DNA of 64,000 nt from Folioceros fuciformis (Eukaryota): positions 1-64,000 of the forward strand of contig JBNGIO010005690.1 of assembly GCA_049999805.1 (NCBI GenBank). Reading direction: 5' to 3'. A model generated the notes under the pieces. The model did no database searches. It had not been told where the DNA came from and saw only the letters and a program-made list of their open reading frames with translations. The translations under genes and the position numbers were made by a program. Positions 12,138-22,849 of this stretch are shown piece by piece. How positions within the stretch are numbered: position 1 is the stretch's first letter; every line of letters starts with the position of its first letter.

Positions 12138-13380
12138 TGATCAATGTGCTGGAGAAGCAGGACGAGATTGCGGAGAAACGTGGAGCTTGTAGAGCAGCTT
12201 TACGAACAGTTTTGCAGCCTGAACCTGGAGGCGGACAAGAGGCGAGCGGAGAGGAATGGCGTAGCCAAGATGATGATGGGTTAGCTTGATGCCTCCAAGA
12301 GGGAGGACCTGACTGACCAAGGGAAGCAGCTGAAGGATCAGCTGGCCGGGCTGAAATCTGAGCTTGCGGTGCTGCAAGATAGTTTCTGGCGGGAGGGGCA
12401 GCGGATTCCGAATATGACGCACCCGAGTGTGCCTGTGGAATCGGAGGGCGTAGTTGTTGAGAGGAGGGTGGTAGGGATCCCAAGAGAGTTCAATTTTGCA
12501 GTCCGGGATCATGTGCATGTGCAGGTGGGGTTGGCTCTCGATGTGTTCCACTTTGAAGCTGCTCAGCGGCGAGTGGTAACAAATTCTACTATCTAAAGAG
12601 CGGGGGAGTGTTATTAGCGATGGTACTCATTTACTGGACACCGTCGCAGCTTCAGGCCAAAGGGTTGTGCTCCTGACAACACCGGACCTTGTCCGGTCTA
12701 GGGTGCTGGAGAAATACGGGTTTCAGCCTCGAGGTGCTAATACTCAGGTTTACTCTGTGGAAGGCATGGATCTGTGTCTATCAGTGACGGCAAAGGTTCC
12801 TCTAGGCGGGCTCTACATGGACAAGATACTGCCCGAGCTTGCTCGACCTTTGAAGCTGGTTGCATTTTCTCACTGCTTCCGGGCAGAGGCAGGAGCTGCT
12901 ATTGCTGACACTAGGCATCTCTAACGAGTGCACCAGTTCAGCAAGGTGGAAATGTTTGCACTTCGCGGACCAGATGAGAGCGATCCTCGTCATGAGAAGC
13001 TCATGACAATCGAAGAAGACCTCGCCACCCTTCTGGGCCTGCATTTACAGGATTTGGACTTGTCCACTGAGCACCTACGAGCTCCTGCCCCTAGAAACTT
13101 CGATATCGAGGTATGGATGCCTGCCTGGGCTTGGTCGGAATGGTGAGATCTCTATTGCATACAACTGCACCGACTATCAGAGCCGACGGTTGAACATCCG
13201 GTTCGGACCCAAACCGTCTGCAGTTCCTAAACCGCAAGCAAAACCTATATGCCGTTTCCACAATCTGTACACACTCTGAATGCTACTGCTTGCGCTATTC
13301 CTTCGACGATGAGAGCCATTTTTGAGAACTTTCAACAAGAGGGCGGCTCGGTGACAATACTCGAGACCTAGCGGTCATCT
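12138..13380 (+). pseudogene. Organellar-type seryl-tRNA synthetase pseudogene, intronless
   Basis: Coiled-coil arm, [94 protein letters not shown] and ENFQQEGGSVTI, interrupted by in-frame stops and frameshifts. Confidence 0.9.
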
Positions 13381-15871
13381 CTTCTACAGCTAAAAGCTGA
13401 AGCAGTTAGCAAAGTTTGAGAACCAGTGCAGTAACGAAGCTATGATACGCTGAATATTGCTTCCTCACAAGCATCTTCCTTCACAATTCTTATGTGAATT
13501 ATCCTGGCCCACTTACCTGGTCAGTTTCTCGTTTGGAAGCTCCGATGAATTCATTAACCCGTCTACACAGAAGCTTAAACGGACAGCGCAAGCTGAAATG
13601 CCTGTCGACATGTTGGTTCCATTTTGGTGGGAGAACAACTGTAATTCACAGATCGGTAAGGTTGTTGCATCTGTCTACTAACGGACCGGATTAAAATATC
13701 GTTTAGGGTTGCACCTGCAGAGAATGTGTGTGTGCTTACCTCCAGAACTGTGCAGCCAGGCCCCAACAAGAATACATGTATGCGTACTGTGCCCTCAAGT
13801 AGAGAGGATCAGTGGAGGATCGAAGATGCCCGATAGGTGAAAACTACAGCATCCTCCCTTTTTATCCTTTCGGAGGATCAACAGCATGTGTTAGCCCATC
13901 CATATTGCATTGGGAGAGTGCCTCTCCAGTCTCTTCCTTGCCAACTGCCCTCACTGGGGTCATGTTACCAGAGCATATGATATGAGGAAGCCAATTATCT
14001 TGACATGAAGGGCGAGGCCGAGAACAAAATTCCACTAACTTCTGGTTCTTCGTAGCAAGGAAACTAGGTCACTCCTGCAGGGGCATCAATCGTTGGCAAG
14101 TCGGAATTCCAGCAGCAACAGAGGAGCAGCTTGGAACCATGACATACCCCTAAAGAAGGTGACAGTCTGTGAAGCTAGTTGGAACAGAAACGCTCTCGAA
14201 GGGAAAGGGGAAGGTCTTGGTGCACTTCAACTTGCGCAGAGATTACAAGTACCGAACTACTTTGAGCCTCAAAGTACCCAAGCCAAATCTTCCACATCCA
14301 GCCCCCGGCATACTCACACAGCCCCACTGGCAGCTTCCGTGCGTTCGTTTTCATCTCCTGTATCGTGGCCAGCAATCCAGCCATGTATGGTGCTGCCACT
14401 ACCGAGTGCACCAGTTCAGCAAGGTGGATACATCCAGCCCTCAACAAGCGGGCAATCTACGTATGCTAATTGCCTTCCCGGGAATTTGTTTCTCGAGGTC
14501 CCACATCGTATTTAGGGAAGGAAGACGGCACTGCCCGTCAAACATTCCAGAGGCGATCCATATTGGCATTTTGGGCGATTCATGAAAATTGGGTCCTTAA
14601 GTCGTGGCTTCCGTGTCGCCGGAAATGGCCGCCTTGTCTCCTCCAGTCCGCAGGGGAGAGGAGTAGAAGACATCGGCATCCACTCTGGATTTGTTGCACA
14701 AAATGTGCCCACAGCAGTACGTTGTTGGCTTCAGCGAACGCCATCGGACCCCATGCAACACCCACAAGAGCTTCAGCCCATTTCCCAGATCCACGCAACC
14801 CACTTCCCAGATCCTGCACACAAGCCGACCCACCTTTCTCAGCGCCGGCAATGATGTCCAGAAACTGCAGATCTATTGCCACTAGGTTGGGGTTCATGGT
14901 CCGCTCCATCTGCCGGTTGGGAGCAAACAGGTTGGGATACCTGCCCGCCCGGCGGCACAAGGCCCGGAACACATTTACCTGCGGCTCCATACTCTCCTGG
15001 TTGTCCCAATTCCAGGGCTCACAGGTTGCCCCCAGGCTCCACCTTTCCCAACCACTCTAGCAAGTAATTCTGAGAATGCTGTGAAAGAGTCCGGGCATTC
15101 TCCCAGAGCTCAACGATCGATTTGGCTCTTCTTGCAAGCAGCACAACCAAATGCTGATCGATGGGATGGACCGTTCATTGCTACAGGAATGGAAACCTGT
15201 ACGTTGTGTTCCCAAGGTGGGAGGATAAGAGCCAACAAATGTTCTTTCGTTGCCTTTTCTCCTCCCAAGGTGAGCAAAACGTTTTTTCTTCGATTCGCAT
15301 AACTTGTCAAAGTCTCCCCCTTTAGAACGAGAGCGAACTGCTTTGTTTTGCACCCCAACCCCAAGCCAGATCGTCTCCTGAGAAGTCGGTAGTGGCCTCC
15401 TCTTCGGAGTATTACACTGTTTGCATTATGGCTAAACGGACGATAGGAGCGTTGTGTCATAGGTTTGCCATGTGCATCTCGTAAGGGCATTTTATGTGCT
15501 GTTTGGGAAGCGCTGGCTTTTGCTGGTTCAGGTTTAGCCGTCCCTCGAGTCAAAAATTGAAATCAATAGGTAGGTATCTGCTATGCCGACTGCCCTTCGC
15601 CAGGATATTGGGATATTTGGAGTCGACGGATTTTAAAAAAATTGGTCTTCCACAGGGATTCTTGGAGTGACAATGAAGGGAATGACGTACGTACTGTAGG
15701 TCTTTATTGACTTTGACTTGACATGTTGCGCAAATTTCAAACAAATGTCTGACCCTGTCCTCTCGCAGTGGGAATCTCCCTGGCAAAAAGATGACGCGTT
15801 GCTGGATGCGGGTTAGGATCCCGGGACTACGATCAACTGGAAGGCGAGGCTGCGGAGGCAGAAAATGAACC

Positions 15872-18685
15872 ATGGCCGTGGCATCTGTCTCCAAGAACAG
15901 ATCGGGCCGATGGTTTCTCCACCGTTCTGCTCTCATCCTCACCGTTTTGCTGAGCTTGACTACCCCGATCGGCAGCCAGAGCGTGAGCCTGTCGATCACA
16001 AACTTCTCCGAGGCTCAGGACTTGCTATTGTGTGAATATCCATGCGTCATCCAAGGCAGCGTTGTCGGCCTGCCGCTCACTGACTTGCAGCACAGCGCAG
16101 CCAGGGTGATGTACACAAGGCCTGTTCAGTTCTACGATCCTGCTGCGGGGGCCTACGCATCCTTCACCACCTCCTTCCTCCTCACCATCCCATCCGGCTC
16201 GAGCGCGATCGCCGACGGCCTGGCCTTCGTCATCGCGCCCAACATCTCCACCCCGACCGACCCCAGCGCAACAGGAGGCGCGTTGGGTCTCTTCCCAACG
16301 GTGCCGGGAGGATCGGGAGCTCCGTCGGATGGTAGCACGCACCTGGTAGCCGTGGAGTTCGATACCTTCTACGGGAGCGGTGCGGACTCCTGGGACCCGA
16401 ACTACGCTCCTCACGTCGGACTGGACCTCAACAGCCTGAATTCCATAGCTTTGTCGCAGGAGCTGCCGGGAATCAAAGCTGGAAACACGATAAAGGCCTG
16501 GATCGAATACTCGGCTGTGTTCCAGCAGCTGAGTGTGAACATCTCTGTCGCCCAGTCTCCTCACCTGCCCACGCACGCGGATTCGCAGCAGGTGCTGGCT
16601 TTCTCCAGCTTCAATCTCTCTGCCTTCGTGAGGGAGAGATCCTTCNNNNNNNNNNNNNNNNNNNNNNNNNNNNNNNNNNNNNNNNNNNNNNNNNNNNNNN
16701 NNNNNNNNNNNNNNNNNNNNNNNNNNNNNNNNNNNNNNNNNNNNNNNNNNNNNNNNNNNNNNNNNNNNNNNNNNNNNNNNNNNNNNNNNNNNNNNNNNNN
16801 NNNNNNNNNNNNNNNNNNNNNNNNNNNNNNNNNNNNNNNNNNNNNNNNNNNNNNNNNNNNNNNNNNNNNNNNNNNNNNNNNNNNNNNNNNNNNNNNNNNN
16901 NNNNNNNNNNNNNNNNNNNNNNNNNNNNNNNNNNNNNNNNNNNNNNNNNNNNNNNNNNNNNNNNNNNNNNNNNNNNNNNNNNNNNNNNNNNNNNNNNNNN
17001 NNNNNNNNNNNNNNNNNNNNNNNNNNNNNNNNNNNNNNNNNNNNNCCCAGCTTAGTCCCGGTGTCGCCGCCCGCCGCTGCTCCCCAAAGCACGGCTCCCA
17101 GCTTAGTCCCGGTGTCGCCGCCCGCCGCTGCTCCCCAAAGCACGGCTCCCAGCTTAGTCCCGGTGTCGCCGCCCGCCGCTGCTCCCCAAAGCACAGCTCC
17201 CAGCTTAGTCCCGGTGTCGCCGACTGCCGCTGCTCCCCGAAGCCCAGGAGTTGAGCAGCGCCCTCGTTCTGCTGCTCCCGCCGCGGGAAAGAAGCTTGGA
17301 CTTGTATTCGGGGTCGGGCTGCCGATGTTGCTGGCAGCGACCATCTGTTGTGGAAGCTGGTGTTACTGTAGTCAAAGGAAGAGGACGCAATCGAGTCACA
17401 GTCTCCATCTCCCGAAAGCGGGATACGGACCTCGCCGCATCGCCTACGGCCAACTCAAGAAGGCCACCTGCAATTTCAGAACCGTGCTAGGGGAGGGCGG
17501 CTTCGGGTCTGTGTACAAGGGAGTCATGGCAGATGGGGGTTTCGTAGCGGTGAAGAGGATCAAACGGCGTTCCAAGAATGGAGAGAAACAGTTCGTCGCG
17601 GAGGTAGACCTAAATCCGTCTGGTCTGATTTTCACAACTGCACTCTGAATGGTTTTTTTGTGATGAATAACAAGCAGATTTTGTGTGCGCTGCGGTATCG
17701 TAGGTGACGAGCATCGGGCAGCTGAGCCACAAGAATGTGGTCCCGCTCAGAGGATGGTGCGCAGAGCACGAGGAGCTGCTGCTGGCGTATGAGTACATGC
17801 CTAACGGTAGTCTTGACAGGCACCTCTACCCTACAAAGGACGACAGCCAGCTTGACCTGGAGGAACTGGCAGTAGGAACTGGTTTGGATTGGGGGACGAG
17901 GGTTAGCATAATACAGGGGGTGGCGGATGCTCTGTGTTACCTGCATCGAGGGTGGCAGCAGGCAGTGATACACAGGGACATCAAACCCAGCAACATCATG
18001 TTGGATGCCAGCTTTGTTCCTCGAGTGGGTGATTTCGGGCTGGCAGTTGCTATGAACAAGGACAAGCTGTTCCAAACAATTACGGCCGCGGCAGGTACTG
18101 TGTTGGACGATATAGGTTGCGTGTGGATAAGCATGACCTTGGCATGAGAGCTTTGTAGGTTTGTCAAGCTAACCTTGGGTGGATGGACTGGCAGGGACGG
18201 CGGGGTACTTAGCTCCAGAATGCCACGAGAAGTTCAAAGTGGGGGCGGAATCGGACGTGTTCAGCTTCGGAGTGATGGTCCTGGAGATGGTGTGTGGGCG
18301 GAAACCAATGGATTGGCGTAGGCCGCACAAGGAGTATCATCTTGTGACTTGGGTGTGGAGCCTCTACGTGGAAGACGAGAACTCGCTGAGGGATGCAATA
18401 CCCCCGTCCATCAGAGTAGGGTGCGATCCGGAGAAAGCGATGATGCTGTTGCGGCTGGGTCTGATGTGCTCCTTCCCCAATCCCTCAGTCAGGCCCAGCA
18501 TGATTTTGGTGACCCAGTACTTATCAGGATCCCTCCAGCTGCCTGAGCTTCCCAGAGAGGTTCCACCTGCCTTCTGTGAGGCTCCCACAACCGTCGTGGC
18601 AAAACGGTATGCTGCAGACATGGAAGCTTACAACAGTGCAACTAACTCCATAAGTTACTCTGGCACCGACTACAGACCGGCCTGA
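15872..18685 (+). CDS. L-type (legume) lectin receptor-like kinase; exons ~15872-17603 (spans a gap), 17704-18094, 18195-18685
   Basis: Signal peptide; legume lectin motifs (ADGLAFVIAP, VAVEFDTF, HVGLDLNS); Pro-rich stalk; TM LGLVFGVGLPMLLAATICC; kinase motifs GEGGFGSVYKG, VAVKR, HRDIKPSN, DFG, GTAGYLAPE and DVFSFG; frame-consistent GT-AG introns. Continuity across the 400-N gap is assumed. Confidence 0.92.
17046..17240 (+). repeat. Coding 51-bp tandem repeat (PSLVPVSPPAAAPQSTA), at least 3.5 copies, running into the gap
   Basis: Near-identical copies visible. Confidence 0.93.
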
Positions 18686-19099
18686 TGTCTTGCATTCTAG
18701 ACAGCAATAAGGATTCTGCAGCCAGGAACGGATCATTGGGCTAAACCTTGCCAGGAGATGTCAAACAACGAAACCTTCATCATCAACTTGTGTGCTGCAT
18801 GGTGGAGAAGGTAGGCAAACCGTGCTGGTCTCGGTGAACGGAGGTGACGGATGAACTCCTCTAGTTTAAGAAATGGGTTTGGGGTTCAGATTAAACCCTA
18901 AACCCCCAACCTCAACCTCATCTTCTTGTGTGAGTCACAAGGTGCTAGAGGCCGAAAGAAAGCCTAAATGGAAAAAAAAAAAGGAGGGGAGGGCAAGCCT
19001 GTATGAAAATGAACTTTCGTTTGTTTTCTACTAGTGAAAACCCAGTTCGGTAGCTGCAGTGTGAGAGATTGGTTTTGCTTGCAGCTTCATTCCACTGGC

Positions 19100-19780
19100 C
19101 TGCCACATCCACGACCTCGCGTCGCTGCCAATGTATCTCAGCAAGCAGGCCGCAAAGTAGAAAGAAACTTTGAGGAAAACCCGCGAGCAGCAAGTTCGAC
19201 AACACAAAGTAGACAGACGTAACATTTCAACTTCTTGCATTAATGCACTCTTGGGGCCTTGGATTGCAGGTCAGAAGATATGAGAGCGATAGAAGAATGT
19301 CGTAAACGAAGTTCCGCCTTCACAGTGAGCTGCTGTTGGTGTATGGCTGCAAACCTAATGCGAGTGTCGACAGACACCTCTACCCTGCTAAGGACGACAT
19401 CAAGCTTTGGATAGAGCAGGTCCCAGCAGCAGTGGGAACTGGATTGGATCAGGGGACGAGGACGGGGTGGCAGTTTCTCTCTGTCATCCGCGTTGAGGGT
19501 GACAGTAGCTTGTGACACATAGAGACATCAAGCGCAGCAAAGTTATGAGAGATCCCTGCTACATTCCTCGACTCCAGAGGGGGTTGTGGACCGGGACAAG
19601 GACAAGCTCTCACAAACAGTCACTCGCGCGGCAGGTTAGCGCACACACTCTCCAGCATAAGCTTTACCGCACAGGCCTTCGAACATTGAACCTTCTGCCA
19701 TGATCGTTAAGCAAGTTTCTACGACTGGTTATTCCTGCTCACCAGCGGGAAGCCATAGCCAGTAAGTAGCTAAGGAGTCG
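19100..19780 (+). pseudogene. Degenerate partial duplicate of the LecRK kinase region
   Basis: gacagacacctctaccctgctaaggacgac matches gacaggcacctctaccctacaaaggacgac (~17815); HRDIKRSKVM remnant; frameshifted. Confidence 0.8.
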
Positions 19781-21100
19781 GCGAGCTTGAGCTGGTCATC
19801 AAAAAAAGTCAAATGTGTAAAAAACATTTGCCGCCGTAGTGTATATCGCACTTGTGGTTTAGTGGTAGAACTATACTCTGCAGCGATGCAAACTCGGGTA
19901 GGATTATCAGCCAGTGCATCCATGTCAACCACTATTTTGGCACCCGTCAAAGGTACTTTCTCAAGCTTGTGTTCTTCTACTCATCTCCCCTAGCGTCGCA
20001 ACTTGGTGCAAATCCCTTGGAGTGGGCCAAATCACCGTTTAGGCAACCTCGAGGTGTTTGCCTCAATCTTGTACTCGAACTCGACTTCCGCTGCCCGTCT
20101 AGGTGTCATGATCTCAACGGGTCACAGCTAGGTGCAAATCCCACTCCAGAGTGTTGACCCACTGCGTTTGTCTCGGAATAACACCAGAGCAGAAGGAAAG
20201 CTAGAACAAAACCCGTCAGCAGCCAGATTGACAAAACAACGTTCATAAGCGACATTATCACCCAATGCCCTTTCGCGCAGCAGTCACCCCCTTTCAAGGG
20301 CCCTTGAAGTGGTATGGGCACCAGAAAGAACTGGGAGGGACCCTCCACAAGGTATTCCTGGGATTTATTGGTGCAGAGCATGCATCCACCGTGTTGAGAC
20401 ACGCACAATTTGTGAGCCACAGGCTGAGAGCAACTTTTCGTCGGAAACAGCGCTGTCCAGTTTTGTCCTGGACGGCCCCAAAAGCGAATAAAGAAGACGT
20501 TAAGAAGCGCGTGACATCTTGCCAGCCTCGGGTAATTATGTCCCAAGCCTTCACACACATATGCACATGGTACCTCTAGATCAACCATTCCCGCTGTTGG
20601 TCATGGATACGTCATGTGACTCGCCGTATTGTGAGATTTTTCTGACCAGAATGTTACATAGATTGAGTGGCAGTCTCGTCCATAGTGCCCCAAGCCGTAA
20701 CCCAGTATCCATTGAAGAAAATGCTGGCAATGCCCGTGAGACGTCGTAAAGTTTCGGGTGTAGGGAAGTTATAAATGTCATCACAGGAACAGGAAGTTCC
20801 CTGTGTACCAGAGCCTCTCAACGGACACCAAGCACACAGACACCGGTAACATTGTCTGTCTCATCGCATACCATCAAACACGAGAGCCTTCGGCTCTCAG
20901 GTCACTCCAAACTTTCATTGGTTGGTCTTTCCCGTCGTATCTTGCTCCCGTGTTTCTGCATCGTAGACAAAACCCATTGCAACTTCCCGTAGTTCTGAAG
21001 TATCCTGGACTTTGTAGATGCCCCTTTTCCTACAGTATTCGCATGTATTCATGACTGACCGTGTCAAACAAATCCTTCCAACGTTGCCTCCTCCGACAAG

Positions 21101-22603
21101 ATGTGCCCCTGTATGGACGGGTGGTCGGCAAACCTCCGGTCTCCATACACTGCACTTGTCTTCTTGCTACTGTTCTGCAGCTTGCAGCTTGCTATCTGCA
21201 ATACATACACCACACCAGCGGCCTCAGTGGCGGTGAACTACTCAAATGACCAGAGATACACTGACCTCGTGGAGCTGCAAGCTGTGTATGACGTGATGTC
21301 AGCCACGGGAAATACGTGGGTCAGGGACATTCCGGATGTCTGCTTGCAGCGGTGGCATGGGATAGAATGTTCAGAATTCAGTGACAACGTCTTCCATGTC
21401 ACCTCATTGTCGTTCGGTGTCATCTCCGATGACACTGCATTTCCAGTCTGTGCTCCCGGTTCCTACATACCCACTTCCATACACAAGCTGACCTACCTCC
21501 GAAACCTGTTCTACTACCAGTGTGGCAGAGACAACCCCCTCCCCATCCCGAGAGAGATAGGCAAGCTGGGCGAGTCATTAGAGTCCCTGGTGCTTAGAGA
21601 GAATGGACACACAGGAGGCATCCCCTCCGAGTTCGCCAACCTCACCAAGCTCACCGTGTTGGATCTTCACGGCAACACTCTCCGCGGCAGCATCGCATCA
21701 TGGCTTCCACATTCCACATGTCTCCAGTACCTGGATGTGAGCAGCAACCGCCTAGAAGGACCCATACCCGATGGAATCGACGTCCTACCCCGGAGCCTGG
21801 TCATCCTCAACCTCAGCGACAACCGGCTGGAAGGATCCATCCCGCAGCAAACCATGAGCCATCTCTCGGAACTCGAAAAGCTGGATCTGAGCGGGAACAG
21901 GTTGAGCGGACCCATCCCAAGCAGTGTAGGCAGCCTCCGCCGCCTGGCGCTCCTGGATCTAAGTGGCAACACACTGACTGGAGGTATCCCGGACGCGGTT
22001 TGTGGGCTCATCTCCCTCCAGGCCCTGCTCTTGCGGGACAACAAATTCCGAGCTCCTCTGCCCAGTTGCATTGGGGATCTGGCGCGCCTCCAGGTGCTGT
22101 CGCTCTCCAACTCCGAGCTCACAGGTCAGGCGCCCAGCTCCTTGGGGAGGCTCTCAGGGCTCAAGGCGCTCCATCTGGACGGTAACCAGCTGACAGGCGT
22201 GATACCTGAGGAGCTGGAAGGGCTCCGCAGCCTGAGCGAGCTCAACATGAGCAACAACAAGCTGGCTGGGCCCGTCCCCTTCTCCCGCTCCTTCGTACAA
22301 CAGCTCGGGCCACGGCTGCTGCTGCGGGACAACGCTAACCTGTGTTCTCGGGAATGGCCTCGAGCGGGCCCCGGTCTCAAAGTGCAGGTTTTGATGGGCT
22401 TGAGAAGCTGCAGGCGAAAGAATGCTAAGCTTCCGGGAGTAATGGTGTCTCCCCCACTGCACCAACACCGTCCTCGGCTTTCCACACCCAGATCGTCAAA
22501 TGCTATCACCAAGCAACCTACAACTTCATCGGCTTCACAAGTTGCTGGAATCAGTGAGAAGGTCGTCTTGGCCATGTTATTGTTTCTTTGGATAGATGCA
22601 TGA
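21101..22603 (+). CDS. TMM: LRR receptor-like protein TOO MANY MOUTHS orthologue (single exon)
   Basis: The N-cap AVYDVMSATGNTWVRDIPDVC..RWHGIEC....NVFHVTSLSFGVISDDTAFPVC is the TMM signature. It is followed by LESLVLRENG, plant extracellular LRRs and a hydrophobic C-terminus, with no kinase domain. The true start ATG could be slightly downstream of the ORF-track start. Confidence 0.9.
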   Translation: MCPCMDGWSANLRSPYTALVFLLLFCSLQLAICNTYTTPAASVAVNYSNDQRYTDLVELQAVYDVMSATGNTWVRDIPDVCLQRWHGIECSEFSDNVFHVTSLSFGVISDDTAFPVCAPGSYIPTSIHKLTYLRNLFYYQCGRDNPLPIPREIGKLGESLESLVLRENGHTGGIPSEFANLTKLTVLDLHGNTLRGSIASWLPHSTCLQYLDVSSNRLEGPIPDGIDVLPRSLVILNLSDNRLEGSIPQQTMSHLSELEKLDLSGNRLSGPIPSSVGSLRRLALLDLSGNTLTGGIPDAVCGLISLQALLLRDNKFRAPLPSCIGDLARLQVLSLSNSELTGQAPSSLGRLSGLKALHLDGNQLTGVIPEELEGLRSLSELNMSNNKLAGPVPFSRSFVQQLGPRLLLRDNANLCSREWPRAGPGLKVQVLMGLRSCRRKNAKLPGVMVSPPLHQHRPRLSTPRSSNAITKQPTTSSASQVAGISEKVVLAMLLFLWIDA

Positions 22604-22849
22604 CTTTTGGATTTGGGATCTCGTTCATGAGCTCCCTATCTGTAAACGTATGTATCTATATCACGGAAGTGGACAGTTTGATCAGCACCGCTTGCCGGGA
22701 ACAATGTACCTACATACCGACTTTGCAATTAAATATTCTACATCTCTGGTAGAGCTTCGTAATCGCACACAGGCGTTTGCTGCCCTTGAGGCTAGTGTGG
22801 TCATTCACAGGACCATACCATAATCTGTTGTTAGACTCAATGTTCCGAC

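Noticed and set aside
13700-15550. Cluster of overlapping 130-200 aa ORFs on both strands
   Set aside because: No recognisable domain or consistent splice structure; possibly decayed TE sequence, but not supportable.
16025-17344. 439-aa minus-strand ORF
   Set aside because: Antisense to the LecRK and inflated by the N gap and the GC-rich repeat.
18875-18910. Telomere-like aaaccctaaacc (similar short matches near 3535 and 8865)
   Set aside because: Only 1-2 units, too short for an interstitial telomere.
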